A stretch of DNA of 64,000 nt from Octopus bimaculoides (GCF_001194135.2 NC_068985.1:49631459-49695458); one strand, 5' to 3'; positions 39,032 through 53,081 are shown, numbered from the stretch's first letter. Numbers and translations are program-made. The notes: generated by a model from the letters alone, not told the origin.

Positions 39032-39243
39032 CAGGGTGTCCACAAAGTCTGGGTACATGGAGTAAATAAAATCATGACATAAACAATTAAATATAAGAAA
39101 TAATAATTTCTTAAAGTATGTGTTAATCCCCATGTGGGTACATGGAGTAAATAAAATCATAACATAAAGAATAAAATATAAGAAATAATAATTTCTTAAA
39201 GTATGTGTTAATCCCCATGTACCCAGACTTTGTGGACACCCTG
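39032..39243. mobile_element. Tc1/mariner MITE with internal 85-bp tandem duplication, inserted in a SINE
   Basis: Perfect 29-bp TIR CAGGGTGTCCACAAAGTCTGGGTACATGG, TA on both sides; units 39050-39134 and 39135-39219. Confidence 0.85.
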
Positions 39244-39618
39244 TAGACTATGGTCAGCCTGGGGCTATAGAAGAAGATGCTTTCCCAAGGAGCCACAATG
39301 GTGGGATTGAACTTGGAACCATGTGGCTGAAAAGCAAACTTCTTATCACATCTATGTACATATGCATGCATATATATGTGTGTGTCTATACACATGTATG
39401 CATGCATGCATGTGTAGGCATCTCAGAATTAGAGAGAGACACTCTTCATTTGATCTGTGTGGATATTCCCTGATGTTTCAAAATTGTCAATGTATAATGC
39501 ACAAGGCATGTCTGTCAAATTCTAGATTAAGTATTTAAATGCATCAAATGATATTTTGCTTCCAGAAATAAATCTTTCAAAGTTGATGGCGTCTATTTTT
39601 GAGATGTGTGTGCATGTT

Positions 39619-39669
<51 letters not shown>

Positions 39670-40309
39670 TTTGTGCTACATTTATTGTTGTATGAGTGTG
39701 TAGAAATATCTGTGTATGTATGTATGTATATGCACTTTTTTGTACTGTATTTTATCTCCTTTCAAGTTTTATCTGTTTAATAGAAAAACTATTTGAAAAA
39801 TATGCAATATGGTTACTCGAGTCACTACAAACATCAGTACAATTTTCTTCAAATAATGCACACCTTTCCATCTTAAATAAGGGAAGATATTAAAATAATG
39901 GAATCCAGAATACTTCTAAAAAGGACAGTACAACCACAACTTCTCAATCAGGGACAACCTGGGGCTAAATAACAGCAACAATTTTCTCTGTTATCAATGA
40001 AATTCTTTCCTATAATCACTGATTTTTTCCCCACAGAGCTGGTCGCCAGACATATAATCTATGCTCACATATGTACATAAATAGCTGTATCAGTGCAAAT
40101 ACACATGCACACAGATATCATACACATGTGCTTATAACCAGTGCAAATACACACACATACATACATACATACATATATACATACATACATACATACACAT
40201 GTATACACATACAGGCATATATACACTCATGTATCAGAAATAATACGGTTATGTCATTATTTGTAGAAAAGAGAAAAAAAAACTAGACAAGATTATCTCA
40301 AAACTCATG

Positions 40310-40344
<35 letters not shown>

Positions 40345-40858
40345 AAATGTATAAATAAAAGAAATCTTTCAAGGCAGAATCTTTAGGGATTTGAGAAATC
40401 CTTTGCATAAGATTTACAAGTAAACGAAACATACAAAACTAATGATGATGATGATGATAATGAAGATGATGTTGATGATGATTTCTTTCATGTATTATAA
40501 TAAGAATATTAATAAGATTATGCTGAACTGTTGTGAAACCAATTTTGCTGCCATGTGATAAAAAAAGAAAGTGAAAGAATAAGTTATCAAGAATTGGTTT
40601 CTCCCAAATTAAATCTTGTTAGAGAAACCATACAAGTAATAACGAGTAATTTTGTTTACATCATTTTTTTAATTGTATTTCAGTTATTGCCGTGATTAAA
40701 AGTGTTGCTGCTGCTGTTGTTGTTGTTCTTATTCTTGCTGTTGCTCTGTATTTTGTTTCGGGTTACTTTGGTCTCAGGGATATTTCTGTGAAGGTTCAAA
40801 ACTAATCCATTGCAAATAGGAAGTAACAGATATGAGATGAAATGAGGAAATCAATAAA

Positions 40859-40859
<1 letters not shown>

Positions 40860-40895
<36 letters not shown>

Positions 40896-40933
40896 ATAGA
40901 AGTAGTAGTAGTAGTGGTGGTGGTGGTGGTGGT
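40860..40933 (+). repeat. Compound (CAG)n(TAG)n(TGG)n tract
   Basis: Seen directly. Confidence 0.9.
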
Positions 40934-41143
40934 GTGCAGCTCAAAATCAGCCCCAAATTAGCAAACTTATAATAAAAGATATTCCAACGATGACCAGAAT
41001 TGTAGTGAGATTTGGTTGCTATTTCTAGCAACTCAAACACCTTCAAAGTGCTTATAATGGTTGGTATTGGAGAGGGTGGTAGATATGGTTGAAGCACTTG
41101 TTTTTGTTGTTCAGCCTTGGATCTGTGTATCCAACTTAATTTA

Positions 41144-41200
<57 letters not shown>

Positions 41201-42599
41201 TACACACACAGAGATCAGGTTGTTGCTTTCTCGAGCAAGACACTTTATTTCATGTTGCTCTAGTTCACTCAGCTGTAGAAAAGAGATGTGATGTCATTGG
41301 TGCCAAACTGTATCGGCCTTTACCTTTCCCTTGGACAACATTGGTGGCATGGAGATGGGAGACTGATATGCATGGATGACTGCTGGTCTTCCACAAACAA
41401 CCTTGCCCGGATTTGTGCCTTAGAAGAGAACTTTCTTGATGCAATCCCATGGTCATTCATGACCAAAGGAGGTCTTTACCATACACACACAAACATATGC
41501 ACTTCTTTGCCTCTCCAGTTCGTGCTTCACAGCATTCAATACACACACACTTCTCCACGTCTAGCTGTACAGCCTTTTTGTTTGTTTATTTCACCGTTTC
41601 GTTTTCCTGTCTTGTTTTCCGTCCGCCACTATCCTCCATGAAAAAAATTTAATTTGTGTTCGTGGGAAGAGCCATTTTAATGATGTGTCCTGCCATAACT
41701 CTTCGAAACGCCTGTGTTTTAATGGTGGCAGCTGATGAAGGATATGTTCTCTATGTGGCCTGCTTATTTTTTGTACCTTGTTTATCATTTTGTCCATGTT
41801 TTTTTGCAGCATCATGTACCCAGATATGTTTCTATATGTACATGTAGATGAAGGTATGTACATACATGTACATATATATGCATATACTCATATATTGTTT
41901 ATATATACATATATATATATATATATAGTTTTATCAACTTTCTTCTGTTGATATCCATATGCTGGCATGGCTTGAACAGTTTAACAAGAGCCAATGGGTC
42001 TGAGGACTACATTGTGCTCCAGTGTCTGCTATAGCATGGTTTCTATGGCTGGATGCCTTTCTTAATGCTAACCACTTTACAGAATGTACTGAGTGTGTTT
42101 CTCACAGTAGGCCCACTAGTGAGGTTTCCACGTAGCTTGCAAGACTAAGGTCACCTTCAGCCAAGTGGGGCTACAGTAGGGCTACAGTAAAATGACCACC
42201 ACCACCTCTCCTGGAACAAGTGTCTTACTACAGAGAAGTTACATGCATGGTTATTCACATTATCAAAAAGTAGGCAGAAGTAATTGGAAGTAGAACTGGA
42301 AAAAGAGATAAAATAGAAGCGACGAGGTGTCAATGTGAACTTTTAAGGTACAAGATGGTGAATAGAAGTAGATTGGTACGGAAGAAGAGGATGTATGGAA
42401 AGGTAGAGATTGCAAGAGTGTGACAAGAAAGAGAAGGTTACAGATGTGGCAGGGGTGGAGGGCAGATATAAAGAATGAAAAAGAAGGGCTTAGGAGTAAT
42501 TGATTTTTAAAGATGCATTGGAAGGAAGGTAAGAAGAGCAGATGATGACTATAGTGATTGGGTAAGGCTGAGGAGCAAATACAGTTAATAGTGGATCCA

Positions 42600-43004
42600 G
42601 AGCACCAGCTGTCTGGCTTCCATGCCAGTGGCACATAAATAGCACCATTTGAGCGTGATCGTTACCAACATCGCCTTCCTGGCACTTGTGCCAGTGGCAC
42701 ATGAAAAGACATTCGAGTGAGATCATTTCCAGTACCGCTGGACTGGCTCCTGTGCAGGTGGCACATAAAATACACCATTTTGAGCGTGGCCGTTGCCAGT
42801 ACCGCCTGACTGGCCTTCGTACCGGTGGCACGTAAAAGCACCCACTACACTCTCGGAGTGGTTGGCGTTAGGAAGGGCATCCAGCTGTAGAAACTCTGCC
42901 AAATCAGACTGAATCCTGGTGTAGCCACCTGGTTCACCAGTCCTCAGTCAAATCGTCCAACCCATGCCAGCATGGAAAGCGGACGTTAAACGATGATGAT
43001 GATG
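42600..43004 (+). mobile_element. Family C repeat (RTE 3'UTR-like, GAT tail)
   Basis: Tandem ggcacataa...accatttgagcgtg units, aggaagggcatccagctgtagaaac, tail cggacgttaaacgatgatgat; homologous to 56050-56545. Confidence 0.8.
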
Positions 43005-43021
43005 ATTATATATATATATAG

Positions 43022-43200
43022 GTGCTCTTTATCATGGTGGAGGGGCTTGCATGGACCAATGACTGAGAGCGATGCCACTGGGTGTTCTAAATTCCTGCTA
43101 GGGCCACTTTTGGCAGCAAGGTCGAAGATAAGGACCCAGACTGAGCACAACCAGTGGATAAAGAGGGCTATGCCACTTGAAACTATAACTGGGTCAGCAG
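43022..43200 (+). mobile_element. Possible RTE 5'UTR fragment
   Basis: tcatggtggaggggcttgc...ataaggacccagact resembles RTE-type 5' ends; recognition only. Confidence 0.35.
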
Positions 43201-43970
43201 CAGTCCGTTGCAGTTTCATAACTGGATCCTGCGTGTTTCATTTCATATGTACCACAGAGGACAGTCATGAAATCAAGTGTGTGGGTCACTTCCTGGCAAG
43301 TTGAGTTTCACTTTAAGCATATTCACACCATCAGTACTTTCTTCTACTCTGGCTTTCTTTCATCTCTAACCATATATATATATTATGATATACATTGTTT
43401 TTGAAATTCACAGCCAAGTGAGACAACTACTGTACTTTGTTCATAGGGAATGTGGGTTCAAGCCTAGCCATTTACACTTTTCTTTGATATCAAAATAAGG
43501 ATGGACTTCAGCATATTAAGATTTATTAAAGATATTATGGATTATTTATTTATTAGATTTCATTCCATAGTTAAGAAGGTTTAAATCTTTCACTATGCAC
43601 ATTATTCTTTCAATAGATTATCAATGATTTTAATAACATAATCACAAAGGAAAGCAAAGAAAAGTGAGCCAATATTTTTTATAAATAACCGTACGCAGCT
43701 CTTTCTAGAACAAGAGATTATACGCGTTTAACAATGAATACAGCTTTCAAAGATGTTCTCATAAAGACTGCATCTTCAGTACCACTTATGTGAACTTTAT
43801 ACTATCTCAAGAATTAAATGCTTCATAAAAAAAAAATTACCCCAAAAAATTCTTTTCAGGATTTTCTATAAACTCCCAACTTCCACATAGTTTTCAAAAT
43901 AGCAGTCAAGTTTCCACAGGTACTCCTAGTACAAAATTATGCATGTTATATATCTGCAGAGAGAGAGGGG

Positions 43971-44015
<45 letters not shown>

Positions 44016-45650
44016 GGCTACAGCAGCTATCGAAATACAGTCAGTCATAATGTTATGCAGCAATGTTATACAGCCAACTAGAGGTGTTCCTATCAAGGAG
44101 TTATGGGATTCAAACAGCAGTCATCACAGAGGAAAGGGAATAAATGAAGGAAGAATGAATGAATGAATGAATGAATGAATGACAAAGATGAATGAATGAA
44201 TGAATGAATGAACAAAGATTATCATGAGGATAGTAGTAATAATTATGCTACAATAATAAATGAATTCTTTATAAGGAAACAAAAATGCAATGACTAATTT
44301 GATAAGGTACCAGATTACTTGATTAAGTGTGTCATTGGGGTTTGTATTGTCCTCAGTATATGAAGAGTTGGATAGGTTGGACAAGATACATCACTGTACT
44401 TACATGGCAAGAAAGTGGAGCCAGGAAGAGAGAGAGGCTCTAGTCTGATTAGGAGATAATTTTTATGGCATTGATATATTGATTTCTATATCGTATCTCC
44501 ACTGGATATGATAGGAAATAAGGAAATTGTGAAAGATGAAGGAATGAGAGATAACACTGAAATATTTTTATGGATTTAGTATTTTTAGCTTGAAACTGAA
44601 CTAATATTTAATAGGATTTAATTCTTTAGATAGAAGAGTTGGTGAGTAGTAGAGAGGATGGTTGGAGGGAATAGTGAATTAAGAGAGAAAGCAAAACAAA
44701 AAAAAAGGAAGATGAAAGGAATAGAAGATAAAACTCTAAGGATAGATACAGATGTGGTGGGGGAGCATGTAGAAAAATGGAGACAATGTCAAACAGAATG
44801 ATAATTAGACAAGGAAAAGCAGGAACAACCAGAGACTGAGAGTTATTCAGAGAGCAAGAGACAGACACGAAGAAAGAGAGATTGGTAGATGAAGACAAAG
44901 AAAGATAAATAAATTATGATAATGCTTCTGATTAGAAGACAAAGAATTCCTAACTTCCTTGTAATCCTTCTTTAAGTGGATGAGAGTTCATGTTCCTAAG
45001 ATTACAAGATATTTAATATTTACCGAACAGACTGTTTGCTTAATTCATTAATAAAATGAGAAACTTATACAGAAGCAATATCACTGTTTGTTCAAATCAC
45101 TGCTAATATGGAATATAATATAAAGAATCAACAACTTGGAAATCAATCTATATTTACATACCAAGGGATAAGGGATTGGCAGGGAGGAACTCCTTTTTCG
45201 TGTTTTTATTGGGTTGTTCTGAGAGAAGGGGCTGTACTTAAGGCTTTCATAGAGTCTCCAAGAAAGATAATATTATCATTTAACAGTTGAAAGTTGTCAG
45301 CTACAGGAAAAACATATACAAGGAGGATTTTTCCAGGGAGCAGATATTCTGAAGAGGAAGGACAGAGTGTAATTGTGCAGGATTTGATGAGTGGATGTGA
45401 CAGACATGAGGAAATCAGCAATTTCTGAGGAACAGTGGTCACTGTAGTCATTAATAACTTATCATGATAGTGTTGTTGTATCTGAGTCTGTTGTATCTAT
45501 AGATTTAATCTATTTAACTTTCTAAACATCACTGTAGTTGTTTAGCCTAGGTCATTTCTAACTGAGTAGATCTATGATCAAAGGCGTTCCAGCTATAGCC
45601 ATCCTGTCTTTTTCCTATGTACAGAAAACAAAGGACCACATTATCTAATG

Positions 45651-45970
45651 CAAGGGTTTTCAAACTGTGGTCCGCGGACCACAGGGGGGTCCGCAAGGAC
45701 AAGACAGGGGGTCCGTGGAAAGCCAAGACAGGGGGTCCATGCAAAGCCAAGCAAGCACATCCTTCTCACTAAGTACGTATTAAAAAAATCTTGTGTGTAT
45801 AATTGACAATAAACCTATTTGCTAAATACTGTTAAATAAATAAATGTGAAAATATATGTTATTTTAAACAAATATTTATGTATAAATTTCATAAGCGTTT
45901 ATAAGGGGGTCCCTAAGGTAAAGCCTGAAATATAAAGGGGTTCGCAAGTCAAAAAGTTTGAAAACCCCTG
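45651..45970. mobile_element. hAT-superfamily MITE
   Basis: TIRs caagggttttcaaact / agtttgaaaacccctg; perfect 8-bp TSD ATCTAATG (45643-45650, 45971-45978); subterminal gggggtcc repeats. Confidence 0.9.
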
Positions 45971-46140
45971 ATCTAATGTGTCCTTTTCTAAGATGATGGA
46001 GCATGGTTTAAGAGAGATCTGGCAACTATTCCTGCAGATGAAGCAACCATGTAGAAGTTCCCACTTTGGTTTGTATATAGGAGTTGTTGGTGTTTGTGTT
46101 TCCTCAATAAACTAATTTATGTATGGATTTCTGTTGTATA

Positions 46141-46349
46141 CTCTTTTACTTGTTTCAGTCATTTGACTGTGGCCATGCTGGAGCACCGCCTTTAGTCGAG
46201 AAAATCGACCCCAGGACTTATTCTTTGGAAGCCTAGTACTTATTCTATCGGTCTCTTTTGCCGACCCGCTAAGTTATGGGGACGTAAACACACCAGCATC
46301 AGTTGTCAAGCGATGTTCGGGGGATAAACACAGACACGCAAACACACGC

Positions 46350-46396
<47 letters not shown>

Positions 46397-46559
46397 CGAC
46401 GGGCTTCTTGCAGTTTCCGTCTACCAAATCCACTCACAAGGCTTTGGTCGGCCCGAGGCTATAGTAGAAGACACTTGCCCAAGGTGCCACGCAGTGGGAC
46501 TGAACCCGGAACCATGTGGTTGGTAAGCAAGCTACTTACCACACAGCCACTTCTGCGCA
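46141..46559 (-). mobile_element. tRNA-derived SINE family A, best-preserved full copy
   Basis: tRNA-like head (gtggctgtgtggtaagtagc...ggttccgggttcagtccc), ccttgggcaagtgtc core, central (TA/TG)n, tail ending gaaacaagtaaaagag; more than 12 homologous pieces in the window. Confidence 0.85.
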
Positions 46560-46886
46560 TGGATTTCTGTTGTGTATGGATTTCTCAATACAATGTTAAG
46601 TTTATGAATTTCTGCAGTATAAGGAGCAATTTGTGGTGTTTTGTATTCTAAATATTTCTTTACATTTTCATGTAAAGAATTAAGATCTTTCAACAGTGTT
46701 ATATTGTTGTGCTGTGTTTTAATACTGTATTCTCTGAAAGTAGGTGACCAAACCAATTATAGATGTTTAGATATACTTGATTCTAACAAAATGAAAATCA
46801 ATTAACAATTGGGAATTTCCATCCATTCTGGAAAAAGAAACAAAAGATCTTATTACAGTTTCAGATCAAAAACTTCCAACAAATCA

Positions 46887-46927
<41 letters not shown>

Positions 46928-48166
46928 TGTAAAGAAATAGGTCCTGCATTACATATAAGACCAATACAATGAAATTGGATATTTTCATAGATAAAATGCA
47001 ACAGCAGGTTAACATCAAAGGTAACTTTGGCAACAGAAAAGTCCAGTTAAGATAAAATATCATCATCATCACAACCACCACTACCACAATCACCACATCA
47101 CCAACAACAACAACAACAACATCACCATGATCTTAAATCACCACGTCTGCTAGTCTATGCTAACAAAAGTTGGATGGATTTTCTGAGGCAGGGTTTTAGA
47201 GCTGGATGCTGTTCCTGTATCCCAACCCTCTCAGACACCTTTTATAATACATAAGGACATGATATACTTATTCTAAAATCATGATATAAACAGGATGTAT
47301 AAATATTTGCAAATGAGTGAGACTAACAGAAAATGATGCCATTAATATTAAAGGATTTGTACATAGTTTGAGAGAGTGTTAATTGCTACTTCTATCTCAA
47401 ATTGCACCCTACTGATAGAAGCAGGCAGTTAATTATAAACTCATTTTGCATTTTAATCAAAGACTAACATATCAATATATAGATAACAAAAATTTGTAAA
47501 AATGATTCCCTACTAGGAATCATTAATATAGTGAAAAGATTTGGTATGAAGCTTTGGGCTCCCTAGTTAATTAGGAAGCTTGCTCAGCCTGCTAAAAATA
47601 GCTGCAAAACCTCTCTCGAATCACACAGTATCATTTTAAAGAAGGAAAGCTACATTAGATAATGTAGTCCAAAAGGTAAAAGAAAAGGATAGGGTAATCA
47701 TGGTTAGAACAGACTTGAACATAGATCTATTCCCTCAGGGCTGACCTACATCCTAAAGAACTTAACGAGAGTACTCCCTTGATATTCTATAGACCATAAC
47801 AGGTTTTATGATGGCACAGAGCCATACAATTACAGACAGGAAGCAAGGTTGGAGGAGTTCTTGTCTGATAATTACTTTATAAAACTTAAGACGAAAGACA
47901 AAGTTGGTGTTGGAGTATGGTTTCAATGAAACCAAATACTGCAAAGCCCACAACTATTCCATCAGTTGTGGGTCAAAGAAAAGAAGTACAAAAGTATATG
48001 AACATAATTATGAAAGTGTATACATATATATATATATCCTTGTTTCTCTCCATATTTCTTTCTGTGTTCCTTTCAAAGACTTTCTCTATTTCCAAGCGTT
48101 AAACTAATACATCCATTTGTTGTTTACACCACCTGTCTTCATCTGTTGTTTTTTTCGTAAATTCTC

Positions 48167-48207
<41 letters not shown>

Positions 48208-48719
48208 TATATATCAATAGAAAACATCCAATGTATAAAGAAACCTTTGTGTGGTCATTAGACCAGCTAGAAATAACAACCAAAACACACAAACCTACCC
48301 ATATGTCATAAAAAAAAGACTCCTTTAATAATGTATTTCTACCTACATCAAGCATGGCAATCTTTTGCAACAAGTGGGCCACAAGTGACTTAGCTCACCA
48401 TGAAGTAGGTCACACAACAAAAAAACACTCAAAATAATTTTTCATTAGGCATGCCATTCTGAAAGTCCAGTGGGCCACAGCTTTCTCATGGCTGACCTAC
48501 ACAATACTTTAAAAATTTATGGGAATGATTATGGGTTTGATACATTTTACTAGAGGTCAGCTTAACCAAGGCTTACAGGGGACTAAATAACAACTGCAAC
48601 ATAAAAATGCTCGTTATGAATTGAAGCTCTTGTACAAACATCACTGGTCTCAATAAAGTTAAAACAATTAATTAATGAAAAAATTTAAATTGATATCTTG
48701 ATTACAATTAACTACTTAC

Positions 48720-48770
48720 TTTGAAATTTCACATAGCTCTCAGTTTCAAACCCATCAGGTGGTTTGAGAT
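48720..48770 (-). CDS. Internal coding exon (51 nt, phase 1-1), probably the same gene
   Basis: Acceptor ctttctttgcatttcag|, donor |gtaagtag. Only the phase-1 frame is open (xLKPPDGFETESYVKFQ), which is phase-compatible with exon 31166-31345. Confidence 0.6.
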
Positions 48771-49114
48771 CTGAAATGCAAAGAAAGTTTTTGTAATAGA
48801 ATCTAAAAAAGGTAAATGGCAACATTGGGAATTCCATGTAACAAAAGAGTTTACATTTCTCAAACCATAAGAAAAAATAAGACAGGTACAGGTAAATTCT
48901 TATTGTCTTTTACCAGCTTCAATCATTGGACCATGGCCATGCTGCAGCACTGCCTTCAAGGGTTTTAGTTAAACAAATTAAGCCCAATACTTTTTTTAAG
49001 CCTGGGACTTATTCTATTCATCTCTTGTCAAGCTACTAAGTTGCAGGGACATAAGCAAACCAACACCATTTGTCAAATGGTGGTGGTGATGGTGGACAAA
49101 CACAAAGACACACA

Positions 49115-49150
<36 letters not shown>

Positions 49151-49152
<2 letters not shown>

Positions 49153-49660
49153 TCATCATCATCATTTAACGTCCGCTTTCCATGCTAGCATGGGTTGGAC
49201 GATTTGACTGAGGACTGGCAAACCAGATGGCTACACCAGGCTCCAATCTGATTTGGCAGAGTTTCTACAGCTGGATGCTCTTCCTAACACCAACCACTCC
49301 TAGAGTATAGTGGGTGCTTTTACGTGCCACCAGCACGAGGGCCAGTCTGACGGTACTGACAATGGCCATGCTCAAAATGGTGTATTTTACATGCCACCTG
49401 CACAGGAGCCAGTCCAGGGGCACTGGCAACGACCTCGCTCAAATGTCTTTTCACGTGCCACCGGTACAAGTGCCAGGAAGGCGACGCTGGCAATGATCAC
49501 GCTCAAATGGTGCTATTTACTTGCCACTGGCACGGAAGCCAGACAGCTGCTCTGGCAACGATCATGCTCGGACGGTTCTCTTAGTGCTCCACTGTACAGG
49601 TGCCATCACAATTTCACTTTCACTTGCCCCACGATTTCGCTTTCACTTGCCCCATGATTT
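49151..49660 (-). mobile_element. Family C repeat nested in a family A SINE
   Basis: Family A tail at about 48905-49110 and head at about 49740-49885 flank this insert. Confidence 0.8.
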
Positions 49661-50136
49661 CGCTACACACACATACACATACACACACACATACACATAC
49701 ACACACATACACATACACACACACATACATATACACATATATGACCGGCTTCTTCTGGTTTCTATCTACCTAATCTACTCACAGACTTTTGGTTGGCCTG
49801 AGGCTATAGTAGAAGATACTTGTCCAAGGTACCATGCAAACAGACCCAGAACCATGTGGTTGGGAACCAAACTTGTTACCACACAGTCCTGTCTGAGGTA
49901 ATTAGTGACTGGTTTAATGATACAGATCTAATTGCACTCAGTTGAGCAACTCTGTAAATATTCTGACCATTTTGTGGCTAAAGAACATCACTATTGTTTA
50001 TGTTTCCTTTTTCCCTGCAAGGATGAATACTGTAGGTTGGATTGTCACAACTAGAATCTCTTTGATCATAGCCCTGCTTTGGACTGACCTGGGGCTAAAC
50101 AATAACAACCTTCTATAATTCAAAATATTTCTCTTG

Positions 50137-50440
50137 GAGGTCGTTGCCAGTGCTGCTGGACTGGCTCCCATGCAGGTAGCACATAAAAAACACCTTTTGA
50201 GCGTGGCTGCTGCCAGTACCATGTGACTGGCCCTTGTGCCGGTGGCACGTAAAAGCATCCACTACACTCCCGGAGTGGTTGGCGTTAGGAAGGGCATCCA
50301 GCTGTAGAAACTCTGCCAGATCAGATTGGAGCCTGGTGCAGCCATCTGGTTCGCCAGACCTCAGTCAAATCGTCCAACCCACGCTAGCATGGAAAGCGGA
50401 CGTTAAATGATGATGATGATGATGATGATGATGATAATGA

Positions 50441-50443
<3 letters not shown>
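50137..50443 (+). mobile_element. Family C repeat
   Basis: Reverse-complement match to 49151-49438. Confidence 0.8.
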
Positions 50444-50474
<31 letters not shown>

Positions 50475-53081
50475 AAAGAAAGAGGAGAAAATATAGAATT
50501 TGTTTTGGGGTTTGTTGTTAATAATTGAATAATTTAGGAGAAAATAAACAAAAGATAGAAAGGCTGAATAATCCATAATTTATGAGGGTGTTTTTCTACA
50601 ATGTCACTGTTTATCCTATTTTATCCCAACCCTTTCTCATCGATTTTCTTTTTCCTTAACCTTTCTGATATGGTTCTAAATATTTAAGCATTTTCATACA
50701 TTGTTCGGAAATAAATTTTACATAAAGATTTCTTTCACTAATTTCAACTATTCATTCTTACTACTCAGTCATACGGACGATGGCATTTCAAATAGTATAA
50801 GATTTAGTTGCGCTAAGGTCCAAATTTTGCATATATATTTAAATGAATGAAAATATTCCATAACTCCTAAATCATTGGATATCAGTGAAAAATTTCTTTT
50901 CCTTGTAGCATAACGAGCAAAGCAGGCTAGTGGGGTCCGTTGCTTCCTAAGCAAATGTCTATAGCTGGAATTAATAGATACAAAAATAAAGGAAATAGTG
51001 ACAATCAGATGTCAAACCTACATTGCAAGCTCAGTAATAGGAGGCTTACTACCTCTCTGTAGTGCACCCATACATGCACTGGATTCAAGGTCATAAGGTC
51101 ATGGATTTGATTTCTGAGTTGAACAGGTCTTTTTGTGTCTTTCAGCAAAGCAATTTCATTTCAGTGCTCCAGTCTAGTGCAGTTGGTGCAGTCCACTGTT
51201 CCCCTCTCAATTGCCTTCTCTTAGATGTTGCAGTTGTGAAGGCCAAGCTAGTAATGTGTCTGTATGTAACAACACAGGCACCTAAAACAAGTAGCAAAAG
51301 CATGGTACACACTACTAGATCATATTCACTTGTGAGTCATTACTATGATTGATATAATCATCATCATCATCATCATTCAATGCTTGCTTTCTATACTGGC
51401 AAGAGTTGGGTGGTTTGACAGGAGCTGGTCAATCAGAAGACTGCAACAAGTTCTACTGTCAGTTTTAGCATGAGTTCTACAGCTGGATGCCCTTCCTTAT
51501 GCCAACCACTTTACAGAGTGAATTGGGTGTTTTTTATGTGGAAACAGCAACGGTGAGGTCACCAGATAATTCACAAGAGTGGGGAGTAGTATTGAGGAAG
51601 GTGGTTTTCTGCCAGATGCGAGATTAGAGTAAGAGAAGAGGGACAGAAACAGATGTCTTGCAGTGAACGAAATACATGGCTACCTTAGTAGGAGAGGAAG
51701 AGAGAGGAGAAAGGGAGGAGGGAAAGAGAGAGTGAACTGGTGAAGATGTGAGATGGGGTACACTCAAGTTACAGGGAGTATATAAGTGGGACCAAGGATT
51801 GGATAGAGTGAGTGTGTAGGTAAGTTTGCCAGACTATGAAAGGAGGGTGGGACATGGAAGAGATGGGAATGTAGCAAGTGGGTAGAAATGGAGGGAGGAT
51901 TGTTAAGAGGCTATGCTGAGGGGAAGAGATGAAACTGGGAAGATTGGGAGATAGAGAGGAGAAAGTACAGCAGATGGTGAGCATAAGTGGGAAGATGAGA
52001 TGCAGGGGAGAGGCTTATCAGAGACAAATTGTTTGGAGGGTGGGGGCACGAACATAACGGACATGCCTTTCTGGCCTCAATTTTACTTAGCTCAACAGCA
52101 TCTTCAGATTAGTTTTCACCACTTCCTCCCATATCTTCCTGAGTTTTCCTCTTCCACAGGTCCCCACCACATTTAGAGATTAGCACTACTTTATACAGCT
52201 GTCCTCATCCATATGTATCACATAACCATACCAGCACAGTCTTCTCTCTTGCACACTACACGTGATGCCTCTTATGCCCAATTTTTTCTCTCAAACACAT
52301 TTACACATACATACACACAACTTTTATTAACCAGATGATGCCTAACAATTGTACAATTATTCCAATGCATATTTATATTTCTCCAAAAATAGACTGAATA
52401 TCTGAAACAGCATAACATGAGGTTTTGCAATGCTCATTTTATGACACAGAATACTCTTGGCCATTAAATAACGATAGGGTTAATTATTTCAATGTTTTCG
52501 GTATAAGAAACATGCACAGTTGGGTTTAATAGGGTAATTCATAAAAACACTAAGAACCAGCTAACATTATTCTTTGGCAAAATAAGCAAGGGAGAAAACT
52601 GCAAGTGTTTTAGCATTATTAGAATTTGTTAGCCAGTAACTTGCAGCCACTGTTGAAACTAACTAAAAAGAAACATTTATAACCACTTGGTGGTGCTGTG
52701 AAATGAGAGATTAATTGGATAATGTAATTACCAAGTGACATTGGTGATATACTTAATTAAAGAGAGGCACTGACTATATATGTAATTTAATAGTGGGTTT
52801 GATTATTTACAATGTTTTTAACATCGGATTAAATGTAGCAATTAGGAGAAATATTAGAGGTTATAATGCTGTCACTGAAAGTTTTCTGGCTCCTGTTTCG
52901 AGTCTATGTGATTATTACTTAAATAAAATCTAAAAAAAAATATAATCACTGCAATCTAAGTACAGAAACCATGACTAACCATGATCTGCGTGGCTGTAAA
53001 AATGTTGTGCCCGTGAATATAAGCACATTTAAAATGAGAACAGCACTATGGTAGGCAATGTTTTACCGATTAAGCTAAAAG

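Noticed and set aside
41630-41745. Second possible hammerhead (cttcgaaacg and ctgatgaagg; related motif at about 62020)
   Set aside because: The boxes are in the wrong order or mutated and no consistent stems I-III can be drawn; at most a decayed PLE-like repeat.
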